Assembly (NCBI GenBank): GCA_033763315.1
Contig: JANRKS010000035.1
Location: 1 to 64,000, forward strand
DNA length: 64,000 nt
DNA from: Deltaproteobacteria bacterium
GTDB taxonomy: Bacteria > Myxococcota_A > Polyangia > Fen-1088
Direction of reading: 5' to 3'
Part shown: positions 56,394-64,000 of the stretch, piece after piece
Layout: each line of letters starts with the position of its first letter
How positions within the stretch are numbered: position 1 is the stretch's first letter
The notes under the pieces: generated by a model
Told to the model about the DNA's origin: nothing
Seen by the model: only the letters and a program-made list of their open reading frames with translations
Database searches by the model: none
Program-made: the position numbers and the translations under genes

Positions 56394-58202
56394 TCAGCGA
56401 TCCCAAGGTGGCCCGAGCGTGGCCGTGCGAATCCGATCGAGTGGCACCTTCGGGCGGCGATCCGCATAAAGCAACCCGTTCGCCTCTTGGTACGTGTCGG
56501 CAAATTGCGTGTAGCAAAACCCTGTGAGCATCCCAAGCGAGCGGACAACGCTGAGCAGTTGTGCGTATTGCCGCTCAAGCTCGCTGGCGCTGCGTGTAGA
56601 CGAGTAACCCCAGCTTTTGGGATCGTCTGAAAACGCCATGCCGCCGAATTCGGAAAGCACCACCGGGTGATCCGCGTTCTGCTCCTCGCCCACAACCAAA
56701 CGGCGGCCCCCGGGTCGTTCCTTTTTGAGGAGATGCGGCAGCAACCGATCGGCCTTATACCGATGCGCCAATCGTTCAGCCGCGGCCTCATAATCGTGAA
56801 TGCCGATGATATCGGTGGCCACGCTTTCCCAACCGTCGTTGCCCACCACGGGGCGGGTGCCATCCACGGTCTTCGTCAGATGGTAAAGCCCCTCCACGTA
56901 ATGACGTTCGATGACGTTGTCGGGCAGGTTTGGCACGCCCCAAGATTCATTGATCGGCACCCACGCAACGATGCACGGATGTGAGTAATCGCGCCGGATG
57001 GCCTCAATCCACTCGCGCGTCACGCGCTCGACCGCCGTTTCGGTGAAGCGATACGCCGAAGGCATTTCGCCCCACACCAGCAGACCCATGCGATCCGCCC
57101 AATAGAGGTAACGAGGATCTTCGAGCTTCTGGTGCTTGCGCACACCATTGAACCCCATCGCCTTTGTAAGCTCGATGTCTTGCTTGAATGATTCGTCGTC
57201 GGGCGCCGTCATTCCGCCGTCGGGCCAGTAACCTTGATCCAAAACCAACCGCAGCGTGTAAGGGCGGCCATTGAGGATGAAGCGATCGCCTTCGATGCCG
57301 ATCGATCGCAAGGCTGTGTACGTGCCGACTTCATCGAGCACATTGCCGGCGGCGTCGAGCAGCCGCACCTCGCCTTCGATCAACTTGGGCGACTCGGGCG
57401 ACCACAACAATTCGTTGCGAAAATCGTCGATGCCAGGATCGGAGAGCGCCACGCGCCTGTGCACTTCATCCGCAACCACCGTGTACACGTCTTTGGCCAA
57501 CAAGCGCTTGCCACAGTGTAACGTCAGCTCAACACGCAGATCCTGGTTGCCGCTGCCGGTAACCCAGACGCCAAAATTCAAAGCCCAAGACAACAAGCTG
57601 GGTGTCCACGTGATGCGTTCGATGCGCGTGGCTGGCACAACTTCCAACCACACCGTTTGCCAGATCCCCGTGGTGCGTGGGTACCAGATCGAATGCGGCT
57701 CAAGCTGCCAGTCTTGCTTGCCACGTGGTTTGGCCAAATCGTGCGGATCGTCGAAGGCGCGCACCACCACGGTCTGTTCACCTTGGGGCAGCAGAAAGTC
57801 TGTGACATCGAATGAAAAAGGTGTGTAGCCGCCTTGGTGGATGCCGGCAAACATGCCGTTGACCCACACGGTGGCGTGGTAGTCGACCGCGCCGAAGCGG
57901 ATGAAAACCCGCTGGGCTTCGGTGCGCGGCGCGATCTGAAACCGACGCCGGTACCAGCACGCACTGTAGAAACTGGTGTCGCGCACACCGCTTAATTTCG
58001 TTTCGGGAGCGAACGGCACGGTGATGGGAATGCATTGACTCCAATCGACGTCTGTGGGACGGGAGATCAACGCGTCCTTGTCTTTGACAAATTCCCAGGT
58101 GCCGTTGAGTGGCTGCCACTGCGGGCGCGTCATCTGCGGCCGGGGGTAACCTCGCTGCAAGGGTTCGGCGGAGACATCGCCTTGTGGCTCGGTTGCGGTC
58201 AT
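56394..58202 (-). CDS. Glycoside hydrolase family 2
   Basis: YPRPQ..R..W..LNG.W, FGAVDY, GFNGVRKH.K, INESWG (acid/base), SEFGG (nucleophile). Start ATG 58202. Confidence 0.92.
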   Translation of the reverse strand: MTATEPQGDVSAEPLQRGYPRPQMTRPQWQPLNGTWEFVKDKDALISRPTDVDWSQCIPITVPFAPETKLSGVRDTSFYSACWYRRRFQIAPRTEAQRVFIRFGAVDYHATVWVNGMFAGIHQGGYTPFSFDVTDFLLPQGEQTVVVRAFDDPHDLAKPRGKQDWQLEPHSIWYPRTTGIWQTVWLEVVPATRIERITWTPSLLSWALNFGVWVTGSGNQDLRVELTLHCGKRLLAKDVYTVVADEVHRRVALSDPGIDDFRNELLWSPESPKLIEGEVRLLDAAGNVLDEVGTYTALRSIGIEGDRFILNGRPYTLRLVLDQGYWPDGGMTAPDDESFKQDIELTKAMGFNGVRKHQKLEDPRYLYWADRMGLLVWGEMPSAYRFTETAVERVTREWIEAIRRDYSHPCIVAWVPINESWGVPNLPDNVIERHYVEGLYHLTKTVDGTRPVVGNDGWESVATDIIGIHDYEAAAERLAHRYKADRLLPHLLKKERPGGRRLVVGEEQNADHPVVLSEFGGMAFSDDPKSWGYSSTRSASELERQYAQLLSVVRSLGMLTGFCYTQFADTYQEANGLLYADRRPKVPLDRIRTATLGPPWDR

Positions 58203-60403
58203 GACGAACGTGCCTTTCGTTGTGACAAAATAGCGGCGGGTTCTGCCACCTCGCGGGCGTGACGCGCAAATGCACTTTGCAACGAGGGAAGAACGTGTCC
58301 GTGTTTGCTCGTGAGAGCAGAGCCAACGTGCAACGCGGCAAAGGAATAGGCCTTGGTGCCCACGGCCGCACGCACCAAACTGTCGTCCACGCCGTGAAGC
58401 GCGGCCCACATCTGCATAACCTGCAGCCATGACACCGGATCCTGATGCGTGAAGTGCCACACGCCCTGTTCCTCATCAATGAGCAAGTCTAAAGCGACGT
58501 GGGCCACGTCGAGGGTGAAAGCGGGGGCAACGAACACATCGTCTGGTGCCACAACCACCGTGCTTTGCTTCCAAAGCGACAGCGCTTGCGCAAAAGCATT
58601 CTCCTGTGTGGTCGCACCAAACAACGGGCCTGAGCGAACCAGCAACGCGTGCGGGCACACCTGCTGCACCAATGCCTCTTCGCCAAGCTTCGCCACCGTC
58701 GCCTCGTCTGAAAACGCAAAGAGGTGCGATTCATCAAAGCTCAAGTGCGGCTCACCCTGGGTGACCAGATCCGTGAAGAACGTTAAGAAGGGAAGGTTGT
58801 GGGCCGTGGCAAACGCGGCAGTGGCACTTGCCTGTGCGTGAGCGGCATGCACAACGGCCCACGGCCGCATGCCGCTGGTGAGGCGAATGTTGAGCTCTTG
58901 GCTGATGCGCTGCAGTTCGCCAGGCGAAGACAGTGAATGCTCCAGTTCGCGATCCTCGCAGGCACGGATCAAGCTGCGAGAGAGTGGCCCACCATCGGAC
59001 ACGATCAATAGCAGCTGCTGCGCGGCCAAAGGATCTTCGTTCAGCAGATGCAGGAATCGTTTGGGCGCAGCTTCGAAGCAACCCGAACGCCCCTGGTTGC
59101 CCGACTCGTTCAAAATCCTCGTTTTGGTGCGCCTCCACCAGCCCTGGCCTCGCATGGTGGGGTGCGAAAAAGTGCCGGTGTCACTTAAAGACTCAATGGC
59201 GCGAGCCACTGCTGTGGGCCGTGGCTGACCACTTCGCACATCAAACGGGCCCGACTCGTAGTGCTTCTCATCTTTTGTGCACAGTGAGTTCCAGTCATAC
59301 GCGCCCAACAATGACCACACGGTCACGGCTTCAACGGTGGCGCCCTCGGATTTCACGAGGTTGGCCGCTTGCCACGCCTCGTCCAGCCAGCGAAGCTGCT
59401 CTTCGCGATGGCAATCCAAGTGCACCTCTGTGATGGCGAGGGGCAACCGATAACGTTGCCACGTGGCACGAAGTTGATTCGCGTGGCCGTTGATGCCCGT
59501 TGGCGTGCGCACCGCCTCAATATCAACGTACGCATCGCGCCCATTGCCTCCATGCATCGATGCAGGGTAAGCCCCAAGATTGTGATCTAAGAAGCGATCG
59601 CTGGTCACGTAGTAGTTCACGCCGATGACATCGGGCGGACACGGGTTTTCGCAAAAGAATGCGAGCTCAGCCTCCGAAGCGCCCTTGCACATAAAATCAT
59701 AAAGGGGGTGGTCGGGGTCCACGCGGCCGCACAGCAGATCGAGGCTTAACCATCGCCTTTCATTCTCGAAGGCCGCTTGGTAGGACAGGCGACGCGCGCT
59801 GGTCACGGTGCCCACGTCCTCGGTTTGAATCAAACGTGCTCGTGGGTTGACCGCTCGGATCTCCTTCATCGCCAACACTGTGGCGCGGGTTTCATTCACC
59901 AAAGCCCGCACGAAGCTGGCAGAACTGCGGTGATGGGGATACCAAATGCCGTAGAGGCCACTGAAACGCGCGGTTGTGAGCGGTTCGTTGATGGGTGTGT
60001 AGTCGGTGATCCACGGGTACCGTTCTGCACAGGCGCGCGCGAAGCTGGCCAGGCCCGGCGCAAACGACGAATCCAACAGGCTGGTGTGTGACGGGCCGCT
60101 GCCATGATGAACAAGACCCGCGATTGGCTCCAAGTTAAGTTCACGCAGGCGGCCAAATCGTTCATCGGCCCACGTCCAATCGGCGTCCTGAACGCCGTTG
60201 GGCGCGTTGGTTTCCCAAAGCAACGGGTACCGTATTTTTCGAAGGCCAAGTTGGGCGAAGCGGTTCAAGTCGGCCACGCGGTCGATGTGGCCTGACTTGA
60301 GGAGCTGCTGGCAATACCGATCTTGAACACGGTTAACCGTACACTCCACCCCACCCCACAGCTGCACCACCGCGGTTTCCGTTGATTTCTCCATGGCCGT
60401 CAC
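58199..60403 (-). CDS. GH1-like glycoside hydrolase fused to a degenerate dTDP-4-dehydrorhamnose reductase (RmlD-like) domain
   Basis: WGGVECTVNRV, HHGSGP, TPINEP, GVNYY, ITEVH. C-terminal SDR-like domain ending LDLLID...G.WH. Confidence 0.85.
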   Translation of the reverse strand: MTAMEKSTETAVVQLWGGVECTVNRVQDRYCQQLLKSGHIDRVADLNRFAQLGLRKIRYPLLWETNAPNGVQDADWTWADERFGRLRELNLEPIAGLVHHGSGPSHTSLLDSSFAPGLASFARACAERYPWITDYTPINEPLTTARFSGLYGIWYPHHRSSASFVRALVNETRATVLAMKEIRAVNPRARLIQTEDVGTVTSARRLSYQAAFENERRWLSLDLLCGRVDPDHPLYDFMCKGASEAELAFFCENPCPPDVIGVNYYVTSDRFLDHNLGAYPASMHGGNGRDAYVDIEAVRTPTGINGHANQLRATWQRYRLPLAITEVHLDCHREEQLRWLDEAWQAANLVKSEGATVEAVTVWSLLGAYDWNSLCTKDEKHYESGPFDVRSGQPRPTAVARAIESLSDTGTFSHPTMRGQGWWRRTKTRILNESGNQGRSGCFEAAPKRFLHLLNEDPLAAQQLLLIVSDGGPLSRSLIRACEDRELEHSLSSPGELQRISQELNIRLTSGMRPWAVVHAAHAQASATAAFATAHNLPFLTFFTDLVTQGEPHLSFDESHLFAFSDEATVAKLGEEALVQQVCPHALLVRSGPLFGATTQENAFAQALSLWKQSTVVVAPDDVFVAPAFTLDVAHVALDLLIDEEQGVWHFTHQDPVSWLQVMQMWAALHGVDDSLVRAAVGTKAYSFAALHVGSALTSKHGHVLPSLQSAFARHAREVAEPAAILSQRKARSS

Positions 60404-61527
60404 ACGCTACGTGCCAAAAGCTCCTTCTTGCCAGCGAACCCGGCAAGCCGGGACGCCGAGGTGAGCGCTTGGGCCACCACCTGATCCATGTTGTAGTAAC
60501 GATACGTGGCAAGACGACCGACGAAATGTACGTTCTTCATTTGTTCAGCCAGGTTTTGATACTTGCGGTATAGCTCTGCATTTTCGGGACGCGGCACCGG
60601 GTAGTACGGGTCACCTTCGGCGCGCGGATATTCATAAACCACGCTTGTTTTTGCGTGTTTTTGCCCCGTGAATTGTTTGAACTCACTCACGCGCGTGTAT
60701 TCGTGGTCGTTCGGGTAGTTCACCACCGGCGCGTCTTGAAAGCGTTCCTTGCCGTGCGTTTCAAAACGAAAATCGAGCGAACGATAAGGCAGTTTTCCGT
60801 ACCTGAAGTCGAAGAACGCATCCACGGGACCGGTGTAGATGATCTGCGCCGCCGAATAGCGTGCCAGAAGGTCTTTATAGTCGGTTCCTAGCGCAAGTGT
60901 AATGTTGGGATGATCAACCATGCGCTCAAACATTTTGGTGTACCCGTGTTTCGGCATGGCCTGGTACGTGTCACCAAAATACCTGTCGTCGTGGTTGGTG
61001 CGCACTGGCACGCGTGCGATCACAGAAGAATCCAACTCCGAAGGATCAAGGCCCCACTGCTTGCGCGTGTAGAACTTGAAGAACTTCTCGTAGAGATCCT
61101 TGCCAACCTTGCTCACGATCACGTCTTCCGACGTGCGTATGTGCTCACGAGGCTCAGCGACCTTTGCAAAGTAGCTGGTGAGTTCGTCCGATGTGAGGCT
61201 CCAACCATAAAGGCGGTTCACTGTATCCAGATTGATCGGAATGGGCAAGAGCTGGCCCTCTACGAAAGCTTTGACCCTATGTTCGTACTCCCACCACTCG
61301 GTGAAGCGAGACAGGTAATCAAACACATCCTTAGAATTCGTGTGAAAGATGTGGGGGCCATACTGATGAATCAAAATGCCACTGCTGTCGAGGCAGTCGT
61401 ACGCGTTCCCACCGATGTGCGCTCGTTTGTCGCACAGCAAAACGGTTTTGCCAGCCACAGATGCCAATTGCTCGGCCATCACGCTGCCGGCAAAGCCAGC
61501 GCCAACAACTAGAAAGTCGTATGCCAT
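60400..61527 (-). CDS. glf: UDP-galactopyranose mutase
   Basis: VGAGFAG, IGGNAYD, YGPHIFHT, GDPYYP, GRLATYRYYNMDQ. Confidence 0.97.
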   Translation of the reverse strand: MAYDFLVVGAGFAGSVMAEQLASVAGKTVLLCDKRAHIGGNAYDCLDSSGILIHQYGPHIFHTNSKDVFDYLSRFTEWWEYEHRVKAFVEGQLLPIPINLDTVNRLYGWSLTSDELTSYFAKVAEPREHIRTSEDVIVSKVGKDLYEKFFKFYTRKQWGLDPSELDSSVIARVPVRTNHDDRYFGDTYQAMPKHGYTKMFERMVDHPNITLALGTDYKDLLARYSAAQIIYTGPVDAFFDFRYGKLPYRSLDFRFETHGKERFQDAPVVNYPNDHEYTRVSEFKQFTGQKHAKTSVVYEYPRAEGDPYYPVPRPENAELYRKYQNLAEQMKNVHFVGRLATYRYYNMDQVVAQALTSASRLAGFAGKKELLARSV

Positions 61528-61557
61528 AAGAGCTTGGTTCCTCCCCTTCGCTTCGAG

Positions 61558-62730
61558 CTAACCAACCTGCTTCATGGCGCCGGATTGCCGTTGAGCCACA
61601 GCTTCAACAAGCTCATACATCTGCTGCCAGGTGCGATCCCACGACATGTTGGACAAGAAGCGATCCACCTTGAGCAACCAGGCGTCGTTGCATCCAGCTA
61701 AACAAGCCTCCACTGCTTTGACGAAGGTTTGTGGTGTGTTTGCAATGCGGACCAAGCCTTGCTCACCGTAGGGCTTGACCACATCGTGGATAGGCGTTGA
61801 AACAACGCCTTTGCCACCCGCGAGGTATTCTGGCGTCTTGGTGGGGCTGATGTACCGCGTGGCTTCGTTCAAGGCGAACGGCAACATCGTGGCGTCCCAT
61901 CCCCCCAGATAAGCGGGCAATTGATCGTATGACTTGCTGCCCAGGTAATGGATGTTGGCGTTGCGTGGCAGCAGGGCCTCATCGATCTTCACCACCGGGC
62001 CAAGCACCACGAAGTGCCAGTCGGGCCTCAGCTCAGCGATCCCGCGCAGGAGATCAAGGTCCATACGCTCGTCGATCACGCCGTGAAAGCCGATCCGCGG
62101 ATGTGGGATGTTGGCCTGATCATCCGGTTCGTTGCGAATGACGCGCGCCTTGGCGAAGTGAGGCACATCAACGCTGCTCGGGAACGCATGCACGTTGCGA
62201 TGCAATTTGCGTTTGTTCTCAAACAGGCTTTGCCCACCGGTGAACATCACATGCGCGTGTGACATCAGTTCGCGCTCGAGCAACCGCAGCTCAGGCGGAC
62301 AACCGAGGAACCCGGAGAGCTCATCCATGCAGTCGTAAACCACCGCAGAGGCTTCAAGATGCCGCGAAAACGGCAAAGCCATAGGCGTGTAGTACCAGAG
62401 CACGGGCGCGGTGAGCCCAAATCCCTTCACAACTTCATCCACCAGCGCCCGCTGTGCGGTCACACGCTCTTCATGAGAGAGTTCTTTCGGCAGCAGGGGC
62501 GTTACCACCACAACACCACATGGATCGACCTTGATGTGTGAGCCCGTGTTTGGCGCGTCTATCGGTTCTTCGAAGAAAAACACACGGCGGTTCTGTGCCC
62601 ACCGAAGCATTAGATGTTGGGGGCGTTGGAAAACGAAATTCCAACGGAGATGCGAAAAACAAATCAAATCAACGTTGTCGACCGAAACCTCATTCCCCGT
62701 GTTGGAGCGTACGTCTTGCATTTTTACCAT
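61558..62730 (-). CDS. GT-B glycosyltransferase (glf-associated type)
   Basis: FSHLRW.FVFQRPQHL, YDCMDELS.F, GVIDER.D, SPTKTPEYLA.G. Start is ATG 62730 or 62721, downstream of the sigma54 site. Confidence 0.92.
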   Translation of the reverse strand: MVKMQDVRSNTGNEVSVDNVDLICFSHLRWNFVFQRPQHLMLRWAQNRRVFFFEEPIDAPNTGSHIKVDPCGVVVVTPLLPKELSHEERVTAQRALVDEVVKGFGLTAPVLWYYTPMALPFSRHLEASAVVYDCMDELSGFLGCPPELRLLERELMSHAHVMFTGGQSLFENKRKLHRNVHAFPSSVDVPHFAKARVIRNEPDDQANIPHPRIGFHGVIDERMDLDLLRGIAELRPDWHFVVLGPVVKIDEALLPRNANIHYLGSKSYDQLPAYLGGWDATMLPFALNEATRYISPTKTPEYLAGGKGVVSTPIHDVVKPYGEQGLVRIANTPQTFVKAVEACLAGCNDAWLLKVDRFLSNMSWDRTWQQMYELVEAVAQRQSGAMKQVG

Positions 62731-62754
62731 CCCGCTTGTTTGAAGAGAGCGGGC

Positions 62755-62771
62755 TGCAAGCACCGGGCCAG
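62755..62771 (-). promoter_or_regulatory. Sigma54 (-24/-12) promoter
   Basis: The minus strand reads CTGGCCCGGTGCTTGCA, with exact GG-N10-GC spacing, about 25 bp upstream of the glycosyltransferase start. Confidence 0.75.
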
Positions 62772-62869
62772 CGCATCGCGTGGCTACACACAAGGTAGGG
62801 CAACGCCGCCTGGGGCAGCTCTGTAACCAATATGAAAAGTCCGTAACATTCTCTCCAGCATGTGGCTTC

Positions 62870-64000
62870 TTACCCGCGCGACCGCGTCCGCTCCTCGGCA
62901 GCCACAGGAATCATCTGCAAGGTTGGCCACTTCGCGGACAACACAAGCGCCGTGCCGGGCGCTAGGTATTCGATCGGCGTTGAGTGTGGCGTGACATCGA
63001 CTTCGCTGCTGACCACTTCCTGCCAGACGTTCGAGAGCGACTGACCCACGATGTCTTCGACGGACTGACGAGAACCGCCGAAGTTGACCAGCAACAAGCG
63101 CTGCTCCGGTCCCCTCCAACGATGGACCCGCAGAACGTCTCCGCGAGCGTCGGCCAGAAGCTGCTCACGTCGTGATTGCGTGAGCACCGGATCGGTCCTG
63201 CGCAACTGCAGCAGCCGTTTGTAGAGTTGGAGCACACGTTTGTGACCTGGTCGCTCACGTTCTTCCCAGTTGAGTTTTGAACGGACGAAGGTCTCCTGCA
63301 GCTGCGGATTGGGAATGCGTTCTTGGGCGCTCGCGTCCGCAAAAGCAGTCATGTGCTGGAACTCCTGGCGGCGGCCCCGCTCAATGGCCTCGCCGAGTTC
63401 TGCGTCGTGATCGGTGAAGTACAAAAACGGCGAAGACGCAGCCCACTCCTGCCCCATGAAGATGAGCGGTGTCATGGGCAAGAAAAGCAACAGCGTTGAC
63501 GCCGCACAAAATTGATCAAGCGACACCGTATGCGTGAGACGATCGCCTAGCGGCCGATTTCCGACCTGGTCGTGGTTCTGAATGAAGTAGATGAACCGCT
63601 CGGCGGGCAAACAGTCGGCGGACTCGCCTCGCGGCTCACCTTCGCTGCCGTAGCCCTGGCCTTCGTAGAACCAACCCCGATTGATCGTTTGCGCCAAACC
63701 CGCCACACCCGGCGCATAAGCCGCATAATAGCCGTCCTGTTCCCCGGTTAAAGTGACGCGGACTTGGTGGTGAAAGTCGTCGGTCCACAAAGCGGACAGG
63801 CCCGCATCCGTGACGATCTTCGGGTCATTGCGGTTGTCCTCCGCGAACAGAACGCGCGCCGGGCTATAAGCGTTCGCCAGGCTGGCGATCTCAGCCAATA
63901 TGTGGCGTTCAGAGGGATCGACGATGGCGTGGGTGGCGTCCAAGCGCAGACCGTCGAAATGAAACTCTTCCAGCCAATATTTCACGTTCTGGATAACAAG
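62870..64000 (-). CDS. treZ: Malto-oligosyltrehalose trehalohydrolase (GH13), 5' part outside window
   Basis: DGLRLDATH, AED, W.DDFHH, QNHDQVGNR, FMGQEW....F.YF.DH, P.PQ...TF..SKL.W. Confidence 0.92.
   Translation of the reverse strand, partial: LVIQNVKYWLEEFHFDGLRLDATHAIVDPSERHILAEIASLANAYSPARVLFAEDNRNDPKIVTDAGLSALWTDDFHHQVRVTLTGEQDGYYAAYAPGVAGLAQTINRGWFYEGQGYGSEGEPRGESADCLPAERFIYFIQNHDQVGNRPLGDRLTHTVSLDQFCAASTLLLFLPMTPLIFMGQEWAASSPFLYFTDHDAELGEAIERGRRQEFQHMTAFADASAQERIPNPQLQETFVRSKLNWEERERPGHKRVLQLYKRLLQLRRTDPVLTQSRREQLLADARGDVLRVHRWRGPEQRLLLVNFGGSRQSVEDIVGQSLSNVWQEVVSSEVDVTPHSTPIEYLAPGTALVLSAKWPTLQMIPVAAEERTRSRG

Noticed and set aside
1-64000. CRISPR array, tRNA, rRNA, IS/transposase, integrase, prophage
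   Set aside because: No regularly spaced repeat-spacer pattern, RNA-gene signature or mobile-element protein was recognised by eye.

Overview
GC-rich bacterial chromosomal window. The gene content (MXAN_2562-type beta-barrel, AgmX/TonB-C-like protein, Cys-rich lipoproteins, PilY1, zapA-ygfA-rny) points to Myxococcota/Polyangia; this is an inference. About 58 CDSs, mostly housekeeping: sugar ABC transporter, HU, RRM protein, RluA-family synthase, lipB, msrB-msrA fusion, murA-hisG, TldD, thiolase, rny, truA, plsC, M23 peptidase, nadK-recN, rpsU-prmA-rsmE and ffh. The right end holds treZ and a sigma54-preceded GT-glf-GH1/RmlD-GH2 operon. I found no rRNA, tRNA, CRISPR array or mobile element. 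The strongest unusual signal is in the stand-alone PilY1-like adhesin. Its vWA domain carries an insert of nine 3-Cys modules followed by exactly nine single-Cys segments, which is what a 4-Cys module nested recursively inside itself would produce (a predicted disulfide-stapled stalk). Other oddities: a FliD-like protein with a duplicated head and no recognisable legs, an NTPase-TM-HEAT protein paired with a 6xCxxC protein, a kinase-less PAS-PAS-REC protein, an Ffh M-domain insertion, an RNase Y Asp-to-Asn change, and a 58-aa gene missing from the ORF track. All family assignments come from motif recognition by eye; no database searches were run.
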